58,284 nucleotides of DNA from Acholeplasmatales bacterium (GTDB lineage Bacteria; Bacillota_I; Bacilli_A; Acholeplasmatales; Anaeroplasmataceae): NCBI GenBank assembly GCA_017462645.1, contig JAFTQR010000015.1, positions 1 through 58,284 of the forward strand. The letters are read 5' to 3'. This document shows, in pieces, positions 18,609 to 27,346 of this stretch (position 1 is the stretch's first letter; every line of letters begins with the position of its first letter). Position numbers and translations under genes: made by a program. The notes below the pieces were generated by a model. The model ran no database searches. It was not told the DNA's origin and worked only from the letters and a program-made list of their open reading frames with translations.

Positions 18609-19940
18609 TTAAGCTCTAGCATTATTGAAGGTAGTATTAATTCTATTAATATCCTTTCTACTGAACTCAGCTAAAATACTGCCCTTAACCTCATCCTTAG
18701 GATAATATTTATTAAACGCAATACCAGTTGCTGAATCATATATTAAATAGAACAATGTTGAATCATACTCCTCTACACCATCATTAAGCTCAGCATTATG
18801 TGTTTCCTCATCTATATTAGAATATTCATATAATGATAGATCAACCATTTGATCATAGATTGTATTAAATGGTGTATTATAACACACATAATATGTATTA
18901 GCGAATGCTGGATTTATAATATTATCCTCATTTAATGACACCTCCTCAGATGTCATAAAATCTATAAATTTATGTGCTAAATCCTTATGAGCTGCATCCT
19001 TTGTAATAATTAAATTATCACTAAATGCAATTGTATCCTTTGGAATAAATATATCAAAGCCAACATCATATCTAGAGCCATCCTCTGAAATATATTCCTT
19101 ATTCTCTCCAGTTAAGGCATAAATCATTTCATCTATTTGATCTATAGAAACATCATTATTGTTATATGCATCCATAACTACATAAGAAATTTCTTCACAA
19201 TAATAATATAGGAAATCTCCAGTCCACATAAAACCTAATTCGATATTTTCATTGACAATATCCTTTTTAATATTGTCTGTACCCCAAGCATTAAAGTTTA
19301 CATTATCTATTAGATTATATACCTTATCTAAATTTGAGCTGCTAGCTGATGTATGATCTAATCCTAAGTATTTACAAGCTACATAATATGCATGCTGATG
19401 AGAATCATACATTGCTACTCTAGTGCCAGCTGGTAAGGTAGATCTATCAAATAGACAAGCCCATTCATTTTCATTAGAATAAATGCTTTCCTCTAAGCCT
19501 TCTATTTTAGTTGAGTACATAATTCCCCATGTACCTCCTAAATAAGGTACATAATAATCTGAAATACCATCGTGACGCTCTTCCATCTCATTTGCGATGT
19601 TTTCTTGATATGGTAATAAATTGTTTTTATCATATGATGGTATTTTACTAAAATCAATTTTAGATAGCATATCATTTTCATACATTTTACCAACCATATA
19701 GTCACTTGGGCAAACTACATCATATACTGTAGTACCACTACTAACCTTTGAATAAAATAATTCATTACTATCAGCTAAATCCATAATGACAGTACAATTA
19801 TATTTTTCTTCAAAGCTTTCAATTAAGCTTTCATCTATATATTCTCCCCAGTTTAAGAATAATAGAGTATTTTTATTCGTGCAGGAAGTTAATATGCTAA
19901 CTGTTAGCATAATTAATAATAAGCTAGCTATTCTTTTCAT
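18609..19940 (-). CDS. potD: Spermidine/putrescine ABC transporter substrate-binding lipoprotein
   Basis: Lipobox LTSC, NWGEYID, DSNE, PSDY, WTGD; operon context. Confidence 0.9.
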   Translation of the reverse strand: MKRIASLLLIMLTVSILTSCTNKNTLLFLNWGEYIDESLIESFEEKYNCTVIMDLADSNELFYSKVSSGTTVYDVVCPSDYMVGKMYENDMLSKIDFSKIPSYDKNNLLPYQENIANEMEERHDGISDYYVPYLGGTWGIMYSTKIEGLEESIYSNENEWACLFDRSTLPAGTRVAMYDSHQHAYYVACKYLGLDHTSASSSNLDKVYNLIDNVNFNAWGTDNIKKDIVNENIELGFMWTGDFLYYYCEEISYVVMDAYNNNDVSIDQIDEMIYALTGENKEYISEDGSRYDVGFDIFIPKDTIAFSDNLIITKDAAHKDLAHKFIDFMTSEEVSLNEDNIINPAFANTYYVCYNTPFNTIYDQMVDLSLYEYSNIDEETHNAELNDGVEEYDSTLFYLIYDSATGIAFNKYYPKDEVKGSILAEFSRKDINRINTTFNNARA

Positions 19941-20799
19941 TTTTATTTCTTCCTTTTAACAAATTGTAAATGACAACTGCTAATATCATAACAAATGTTA
20001 CTAGCGTAGAAAATGCATATACACCTGGGAATAATGATTTTCTACCAATAGATGAATAAATCCATATAGATAATGTATTATATCCATTACCCTTTGTAAA
20101 ATATCCTACAACGAAATCCTCAAAGCTTATAGTGAATGCTAAAAGCATACCACTAAATATACCACCCTTAATTGCTGGAATAATAACCTTAACAACTGAC
20201 TTTAATGGCTTTACACCTAAATCTAAGGCTGCATCTAGCATATTAGGGTCTATTTCTCTCATTTTAGGAGTAACAGATAGGATAATATATGGTAATGTAA
20301 AAAATACATGAGCTATTAAAATAGTCCAAAATCCAAATAAATATTTGTTAATAGGTAAAAAGAATGAAAATAAAACCATTAATGATATACCTGTAACAAT
20401 ATCTGCGTTTAATAATGGAATATTATTTAATAGCATTATTTTAGATTTTACCTTTGGTGGAAGGTAATGAATACCTACCGCAATAAAGGTACCTAAAACA
20501 GTTGAAATTAAGGTAGCAATAATAGATGTTTGGAAGGTATTAATAATTGAATTATTTAATGAACGCTTCTCAAACATATTTATATAATTATTAAATGTAA
20601 AGCCTACAAATTCAGTTGTTGAATCTGAAGCATTAAATGATTGTATTGCAATAATGATAATTGAAAAATAAAGCATAAATACTGAAAATGCTAATAAAAT
20701 TATTTTAGTAATTTTCCATAAGCACTTTAGTACCTTATATTCCTTATAGCCATATTCCTCTAATGTTGCATATTCATAAACCTTATTCTCATTCATCAT
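19924..20799 (-). CDS. potC: Polyamine ABC permease
   Basis: ADIVTGISL, DAALDLG, AFTISFEDF. Confidence 0.93.
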   Translation of the reverse strand: MMNENKVYEYATLEEYGYKEYKVLKCLWKITKIILLAFSVFMLYFSIIIIAIQSFNASDSTTEFVGFTFNNYINMFEKRSLNNSIINTFQTSIIATLISTVLGTFIAVGIHYLPPKVKSKIMLLNNIPLLNADIVTGISLMVLFSFFLPINKYLFGFWTILIAHVFFTLPYIILSVTPKMREIDPNMLDAALDLGVKPLKSVVKVIIPAIKGGIFSGMLLAFTISFEDFVVGYFTKGNGYNTLSIWIYSSIGRKSLFPGVYAFSTLVTFVMILAVVIYNLLKGRNKNEKNS

Positions 20800-21659
20800 A
20801 ATAAAGTCTCTCCTTCCTTATCAACCTTGCTGATTAGGATAATTGACCCTAATATAATAATTAAAATAACGATTGCTAAAACAGAACCAATATTATACGA
20901 CATATTAACGAAGCTCTGCTCAATAATATTACCAATAAGTAAAATATTACCATTACCTAATATTTTAGGTATTGCAAAGCCAGATAGGCATGGTAATAAA
21001 ACCATAATAGAGCCTGAAACCATTCCCTTACTAGCTAAGGGTACTACAACCTTCCAAAACTTTTTAAATTCGGTAAGGCCTAAATCTAAGGCTGCCTCAT
21101 GTAATAATGGATCTATTTTTTCTAATGAGGTATAAATAGGTAATACCATAAAAGGTAGATATGTAAATATCATACCTAATATTATAGCTAAATCAGTACC
21201 TATAATATCTATACCCTTAATACCTAATAAATCTGTTAATATATTATTTTCCTTAAATACAGATGCTAACGCATTGATACGTAATAATATATTAGTCCAC
21301 ATAGGTAATATTAATAATACTAAAATTAAATATTTATGCTTTAGCTTTGATTTATATAATGAATAAGCAATTAAAAATCCAAAAAAGATACAAGCTACTG
21401 TAGTAATAAATGAATACTTAATTGAATTTAAAAAAGCTATCACTGTAGATTTTTCAGTTAATGTAGAAAAATTTTGCATTGTAAATGACATTCCATCAGT
21501 TTTAATGCCTTCTGTTTCGACAAACATAAGCCCAAATAATATTAGCATTGGTAAGCATGCTAATATATATAACCAAATTAAATATGGTTTAGCTAGTCTA
21601 TCTAATCGATGAGAATGCTGATGTGTAGGAATTATTGAAGTGGCACTATTTTTTTGCAT
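20796..21659 (-). CDS. potB: Polyamine ABC permease
   Basis: LPMWTNILLR, YLPFMVLPIY, EAALDLG. Confidence 0.93.
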   Translation of the reverse strand: MQKNSATSIIPTHQHSHRLDRLAKPYLIWLYILACLPMLILFGLMFVETEGIKTDGMSFTMQNFSTLTEKSTVIAFLNSIKYSFITTVACIFFGFLIAYSLYKSKLKHKYLILVLLILPMWTNILLRINALASVFKENNILTDLLGIKGIDIIGTDLAIILGMIFTYLPFMVLPIYTSLEKIDPLLHEAALDLGLTEFKKFWKVVVPLASKGMVSGSIMVLLPCLSGFAIPKILGNGNILLIGNIIEQSFVNMSYNIGSVLAIVILIIILGSIILISKVDKEGETLL

Positions 21660-22825
21660 GAGCCATCAACCTTCATTAAGCATATTTCATATGGATCAAC
21701 ACTTAAGCCAATCTTCTCATTTGGCTTAACATCCTCATATGTGTGAACTACATATTCTACATTATCAATATCTACACAAAGCTCATAATGTACACCTTTA
21801 AAAATTGATGATGTAACAGTACCTAGTACCTTGGCCTTATCAAGTGGTACTACATCCCAATCCTCAGGTCTAATCACTACATCTACTGGCTCATTGTCAT
21901 CAAATTCATAACCATGAACCTCAAAATCAGCATCTAAAAATCTAACCATATTTTTAGATGTATAAATACCACTAATGATATTTGACTCACCAATAAAATT
22001 AGCCACATATCTATTAATAGGCTCATTATATATATCCTTAGGTGTACCCATTTGCTGAATAATACCATCCTTCATAACAACAATACGGTCAGACATAACC
22101 ATTGCTTCCTCTTGATCATGTGTTACAAATATAAAGGTAATACCTAGGTTTCTTTGCATTTCCTTAAGCTCATATTGCATATTTTGACGTAGCTTTAAAT
22201 CTAAGGCTGATAAAGGCTCATCTAATAATAAAATCTTAGGCTTTAATATAATAGCTCTTGCTATCGCAACTCTTTGCTGCTGACCACCTGATATTTTATC
22301 AATAGATCTTTCCTCATATCCAGCTAGATTAACTAGCTTTAATGCTTCTTTAACTGATTTTTCAATATGCTCGTTAAGCTTCTTCTTAATATCAAAATAG
22401 CTAGCCTTAGATGCTTTAGCCTCATCTAAGCCCTTATTAAGCTTATCCTGCTTAATTTCTTCCTTAAGCTTATCGATTCCACCATAGAAATTGATCATAA
22501 ATTTTTTGCCTTTATTCTTTAATCCAAAGGCAACATTTTCGTAAATATTTAGGTGAGGGAATAACGCATATCGTTGGAATACAGTATTAATTGGTCTTGC
22601 ATAAGAAGGCAAGTTATTAATAATCTTTCCATTTACGATTATCTCACCAGAATTAGGATGCTCAAATCCTCCAATCATTCTTAAAGTGGTAGTCTTACCA
22701 CATCCTGAAGGACCTAAAAGAGTTACAAACTCATTTTCGTAGATATCTAAATTAATATTATCTACTACACAATTTGCGCCATAGTACTTAACTAAATTAC
22801 GCAATTCGATAATTGGTTTTCTCAA
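21632..22825 (-). CDS. potA: Polyamine ABC ATPase (TTG start; insertion in the helical domain)
   Basis: GPSGCGKT, NTVFQRYALFPHL, ISGGQQQR, LLLDEP, TOBE-like C-terminus. Confidence 0.95.
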   Translation of the reverse strand: MRKPIIELRNLVKYYGANCVVDNINLDIYENEFVTLLGPSGCGKTTTLRMIGGFEHPNSGEIIVNGKIINNLPSYARPINTVFQRYALFPHLNIYENVAFGLKNKGKKFMINFYGGIDKLKEEIKQDKLNKGLDEAKASKASYFDIKKKLNEHIEKSVKEALKLVNLAGYEERSIDKISGGQQQRVAIARAIILKPKILLLDEPLSALDLKLRQNMQYELKEMQRNLGITFIFVTHDQEEAMVMSDRIVVMKDGIIQQMGTPKDIYNEPINRYVANFIGESNIISGIYTSKNMVRFLDADFEVHGYEFDDNEPVDVVIRPEDWDVVPLDKAKVLGTVTSSIFKGVHYELCVDIDNVEYVVHTYEDVKPNEKIGLSVDPYEICLMKVDGSCKKIVPLQ

Positions 22826-22840
22826 CGCAGTTTACCGAAT

Positions 22841-22868
22841 TAAAAGCTATTTCTTGGTATAGCTTTTA
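22841..22868 (-). promoter_or_regulatory. Hairpin in the potA leader (possible attenuator or translational element)
   Basis: 10-bp stem TAAAAGCTAT/ATAGCTTTTA located 15 nt upstream of the TTG. Confidence 0.55.
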
Positions 22869-23064
22869 TTTTTTTCCTTTCCCAAAAATTTTCGTTTGAC
22901 TTGTAACTGGTTAAAATTAACTTTAACTCCCCAAATGATCAAACCTTATGGTTATTATGTTTGACAAAATAATTATATATATTTTTTATAAATATTCAAT
23001 ATAAAATTTAATATTTTTTTAAATATATAAAATAAAAAAGGTACCAAAGGTACCTTTCGACAAA

Positions 23065-23808
23065 TTAATCTAAAATATGATATAAAAAATGTGGTGTTTG
23101 TTCTTGCCAGCTTGGCCAATCATGGCTCTTATCATATCCCCAATAATCAAACCATGCAGGAATCTCTAATCTCTTCATATGGAAATCTAAGGTTCTTGTA
23201 TCATTTAAGCAATCATGCTCCCAATCACCTTGTCCAACACATATAATAAATCTTGATTTTTTATATAAATCAACATATCTATGTGATAATGGCATATTAG
23301 CTAATGAATCAATAGGTGAATTAAGGAAAGTTAAATCATCTGCATATTGCTTAACAAAATATGAAGAATGATATATACCTGATAATGCTAAGACTGAATC
23401 AAAGATATCAGGCTTTCTTAAAATAAAATTAACCGCATGGAATGCGCCCATAGCACAGCCATATGTCATAATTCCATTATCCAATGAATTATTTAATTCA
23501 TATATTCTTGGAACCATTTCCTCTATTATATATTTATAATAAGCCTCTTGAGTCCTCATTCTATCTCTTGGATTTTTCCAATCAGCACACCATGATTCAG
23601 AGTCTATTGAATCTACACAAAATACTTGTATTCTACCTTGCTCAATATACCATGACATTGATTCAATAATTCCTCTATCCTCATAATCAAAAAATCTACC
23701 ATTTAAGGTTGGAAAGGCAATACAAGGCTTTCCAGCATGGCCAAAAACCTTAAATTCCATATCTTTGTCTAAAATACGGCTATATTCCTTATAATATTCA
23801 ACCTTCAT
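23065..23808 (-). CDS. Putative esterase family alpha/beta hydrolase (Ser-to-Ala at the nucleophile elbow)
   Basis: FGHAGKP, DSIDSESW, GCAMGAFHA, ALSG, VGQGDWE, HDWPSW. Confidence 0.85.
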   Translation of the reverse strand: MKVEYYKEYSRILDKDMEFKVFGHAGKPCIAFPTLNGRFFDYEDRGIIESMSWYIEQGRIQVFCVDSIDSESWCADWKNPRDRMRTQEAYYKYIIEEMVPRIYELNNSLDNGIMTYGCAMGAFHAVNFILRKPDIFDSVLALSGIYHSSYFVKQYADDLTFLNSPIDSLANMPLSHRYVDLYKKSRFIICVGQGDWEHDCLNDTRTLDFHMKRLEIPAWFDYWGYDKSHDWPSWQEQTPHFLYHILD

Positions 23809-23820
23809 AGTATCACACCC

Positions 23821-24669
23821 CTAGTTATGCTTTTTCTTATGATCTATAGTTACAATCATATCATCCTCAACACTAGATGTTATAAATGTAGAGCTACCAA
23901 TAGTAGTATTCTTACCAATAATTGTCTCTCCACCAAAAATTGAAGCCCCAGAATAAATAGTAACATTATCCATAATTGTTGGATGACGTCTACTTCCTCT
24001 TAGCTTTTGGCCGCCTCTTAATGATAACGCTCCTAAGGTTACACCTTGATAAATTTTCACATGCTTTCCAATTACACATGTTTCACCTATTACTGTACCA
24101 GTACCATGGTCAATAAAGAAATATGATGAAATATTAGCACCCGGATGTATATCAATACCTGTTTTACTATGTGCATATTCTGATAAGCATCTAGGTAAAA
24201 TAGGTACATTTAGCTCATATAAAACATGCGCAACTCTATATGTAAATATTGCCTCTAAGCCTGGATAACATAAAATAATTTCAGTTTCTGATTTAGCTGC
24301 AGGGTCACCCTCATATAGTGCCTCTAAATCAGTTTTTAAAAGCTCATCTACACTTGGAATCGCTTCAAAGAATTTATTCTTAATTAATTCAGTATCTAAC
24401 CTTACATGCTCAATCTTTTCAACAGCACTTAATAACCCATCTAATAAATTAGATATATTTCTTACCTTTTTATCGAGATAGTTATCTAAATTCATTATCT
24501 CCTCTGTGAAGCCAGGAAATAATAATGATTTAACCTCACTAAGAAATGATATTAAATCATCCTGTTGAATAACATCATTTTGAACCTTTTTATTCTTTTT
24601 TACTTTTAACCATTCATTAAACTTCTCATTCATACAAAATCCCTCTATCCTATTTATATTATATTCCAT
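23821..24669 (-). CDS. cysE: Serine O-acetyltransferase (EpsC/CysE type)
   Basis: GDPAA, YPG, DIHPGA, FIDHGTG, YQGVTLG, RHPT. Likely start is the ATG at 24633. Confidence 0.93.
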   Translation of the reverse strand: MEYNINRIEGFCMNEKFNEWLKVKKNKKVQNDVIQQDDLISFLSEVKSLLFPGFTEEIMNLDNYLDKKVRNISNLLDGLLSAVEKIEHVRLDTELIKNKFFEAIPSVDELLKTDLEALYEGDPAAKSETEIILCYPGLEAIFTYRVAHVLYELNVPILPRCLSEYAHSKTGIDIHPGANISSYFFIDHGTGTVIGETCVIGKHVKIYQGVTLGALSLRGGQKLRGSRRHPTIMDNVTIYSGASIFGGETIIGKNTTIGSSTFITSSVEDDMIVTIDHKKKHN

Positions 24670-24753
24670 TTTTTATTATTTTTAAACAATATTATTTAAT
24701 ATTATTTAAATTTAACAAAATAAATAGTATAATTCCTAATGAGGTTTTGAAAT

Positions 24754-25590
24754 ATGAAAACAATAGATACTAATATAATAACTAATGAAGTAAAAAGATT
24801 ATGTATTGAGGCTGCAAATATAATTGATAAAAAGGTACTATGCTCAATCAAAAACGCAATGAAGATCGAGCAAGGCCTATCAAAAAATATTTTAGCTCAA
24901 ATTATAGAAAATGATGAAATAGCTAGTAATGAAAATGTTCCTATGTGTCAAGATACTGGAATAACAGTAGTCTTTGTCGAAATAGGAAACGAGGTATTTA
25001 TTAATGGCAGCCTTGAGGATGCGATTAACAAGGGTGTTTCATTAGGATATACTGAGGGATACTTAAGAAAAAGTGTTGTTAAATCGCCACTTAATAGAGT
25101 AAATACAAAGGATAATACTCCTGCAATTATTCATATTAAGCACACATTGGGTGACAAATTAAAAATTACAATTTGTCCTAAGGGTGCAGGAAGTGAAAAC
25201 ATGAGTAGAGTTAAAATGCTTGTTCCTGCTGATGGTATAAAGGGTATTAAGAATTTTGTAAAGGAAACTGTTAGTCTTGCTGGTGGTAGAGCTTGTCCTC
25301 CTCTTGTTGTTGGTGTTGGTATTGGTGGTAATTTAGAAAAATCAGCCTTACTTGCAAAGGAAGCTTTATTAAGAAATATTGATGATGAAGCTATAGATTT
25401 AGATGCTAATAAATTAGAAAAAGAGCTTTTAGCTGAAATCAATAGCTTAAATATTGGACCAATGGGGTTAGGTGGTAAAACTACTGCCTTAGCAGTGAAG
25501 GTTAATATATATCCATGTCACATTGCATCCTTACCTGTAGCTGTCAATTTACAATGCCATGCATCAAGACATAAGGTGGTGATACTATGA
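24754..25590 (+). CDS. Class I fumarate hydratase (or tartrate dehydratase-like) alpha subunit
   Basis: PMCQDTG, PKGAGSEN, ACPP, CHASR. Confidence 0.92.
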   Translation: MKTIDTNIITNEVKRLCIEAANIIDKKVLCSIKNAMKIEQGLSKNILAQIIENDEIASNENVPMCQDTGITVVFVEIGNEVFINGSLEDAINKGVSLGYTEGYLRKSVVKSPLNRVNTKDNTPAIIHIKHTLGDKLKITICPKGAGSENMSRVKMLVPADGIKGIKNFVKETVSLAGGRACPPLVVGVGIGGNLEKSALLAKEALLRNIDDEAIDLDANKLEKELLAEINSLNIGPMGLGGKTTALAVKVNIYPCHIASLPVAVNLQCHASRHKVVIL

Positions 25591-26111
25591 TAATTAGATA
25601 TCCTATGGACAAGCATCTATTAAATAGTATTAAGGCTGGAGATGTAATAGAATTTACAGGTACTATTTATACTGCAAGAGATGCAGCCCATATGAGAATA
25701 AAGGAATATTTAGATAAGGGTCTAGAAATACCTGTTGATTTTAACGATTCCTTTATATATTACGCAGGTCCAACTCCAACAAAGCCTGGCAATGTAATTG
25801 GCTCTATAGGTCCAACAACCTCTTCACGTATGGATAAATTTGCAGATATGATGACTACATTAAGGGTTACTGCTACTATCGGAAAAGGACCTAGAGATAA
25901 GGAATGTAGTGATTATTATATTAATAATAAAATTCTATATTTTATTACTACAGGTGGCTGTGGTGCTCTTCTTGCTAAATCAGTTAAGGAGGCTAAGGAA
26001 ATAGCATTCCTAGATTTAGGCCCTGAATCAATTAAGGAGCTATATGTAGAAGGCTTTAAAATGATTTGTGCAATAGACTATTTTGGAAACAATATTTTTA
26101 AGGGAGAATAA
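25587..26111 (+). CDS. Fumarate hydratase beta subunit
   Basis: TARDAAH, GPTTSSRM, IGKG, DLGPE. Confidence 0.92.
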   Translation: MIIRYPMDKHLLNSIKAGDVIEFTGTIYTARDAAHMRIKEYLDKGLEIPVDFNDSFIYYAGPTPTKPGNVIGSIGPTTSSRMDKFADMMTTLRVTATIGKGPRDKECSDYYINNKILYFITTGGCGALLAKSVKEAKEIAFLDLGPESIKELYVEGFKMICAIDYFGNNIFKGE

Positions 26112-26113
26112 AA

Positions 26114-27298
26114 ATGAGTATTAAGGAAGATGCTTTAGCCCTTCATAAGGAATATAAGGGTAAGCTTGAAATAAAATCAAAGGTTAAAATTGAAGATATG
26201 CATGATTTATCATTAGCCTATACCCCAGGTGTAGCATACGCCTGCAAGGAAATTGAGGCTGATATAAATAATGCATATGTATATACATCAAAGGCTAATA
26301 TGGTTGCGGTTATTACTGATGGCTCTGCTGTTTTAGGATTAGGTAATATAGGACCTCATGCAGCTATTCCTGTAATGGAGGGTAAATCTATTTTACTAAA
26401 GGAATTAGCCGGGGTTGATTCTATTCCATTATGCCTTGCAACTCAAGATGTCGAGGAAATAATTAAAACATGTAAAATATTAGAGCCCACATTAGGTGCT
26501 ATTAATCTAGAGGATATATCAGCACCTAGATGTGTAACAATTGAACGTAGATTAATCGAAGAAATGAATATACCAGTATTCCATGATGATCAGCATGGTA
26601 CTTCTATTATTGTAGCTGCAGCCTTTATTAATATCGCAAGATTTACAAAAAGAAAGCTTTCTGATATGACAGTAGTTTTATCAGGAACAGGTGCTGCAGG
26701 ATCAATGGTAGCCAAAATGCTAAAAAATATTGGAATAGGTAAAATATATGCCTATAACGTTAATGGTGTTGTTGATAAGAGTAAATATGATAGCTATAAT
26801 TTCCTAATCAAGGAATTAATAGATACAAATGTTTTTGATACTCCTATTAATCATGATAATACCCTTGCTTCTATTATGAAGGGTGCAGATGCCTTTGTTG
26901 GTGTTTCAGCTGCTAACCTAGTTTCTAAAGAAATGGTTAAGTCAATGAATGATAATCCTATTATTTTCGCAATGGCTAATCCTACTCCTGAAATATCATA
27001 TACTGATGCTAAAGATGCAGGAGCATATATTGTAGGATCTGGTAGATCAGATTATCCAAATCAAATTAATAATGTATTAGCATTTCCTGGTATCTTTAAA
27101 GGTGCATTAAGCGTTAGAGCTAGTAAAATTAATGAGGAAATGAAATTAGCTGCTGCATACGCAATAGCTAATATCATTAGTGATGATGAGCTATCAACAG
27201 ATTATATTGTACCTACAGCATTTGATAAAAGAGTTGTTAAAGCTGTAAGTGAGGCTGTAGCTAAAGCTGCAATTGAAACTAAAGTTAATAAAATATAA
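26114..27298 (+). CDS. NAD(P)-dependent malic enzyme
   Basis: AYTPGV, TDGSAVLGLG, NLEDI, FHDDQHGT, AMANP, QINNVLAFPG. Confidence 0.95.
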   Translation: MSIKEDALALHKEYKGKLEIKSKVKIEDMHDLSLAYTPGVAYACKEIEADINNAYVYTSKANMVAVITDGSAVLGLGNIGPHAAIPVMEGKSILLKELAGVDSIPLCLATQDVEEIIKTCKILEPTLGAINLEDISAPRCVTIERRLIEEMNIPVFHDDQHGTSIIVAAAFINIARFTKRKLSDMTVVLSGTGAAGSMVAKMLKNIGIGKIYAYNVNGVVDKSKYDSYNFLIKELIDTNVFDTPINHDNTLASIMKGADAFVGVSAANLVSKEMVKSMNDNPIIFAMANPTPEISYTDAKDAGAYIVGSGRSDYPNQINNVLAFPGIFKGALSVRASKINEEMKLAAAYAIANIISDDELSTDYIVPTAFDKRVVKAVSEAVAKAAIETKVNKI

Positions 27299-27305
27299 TA
27301 AAATT

Positions 27306-27346
27306 AAAAAGAGGTGATCAAACAGTTTCGATTCACCTCTTTTTTA
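27306..27346. terminator. Bidirectional terminator
   Basis: AAAAAGAGGTGA...TCACCTCTTTTTT. Confidence 0.85.
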
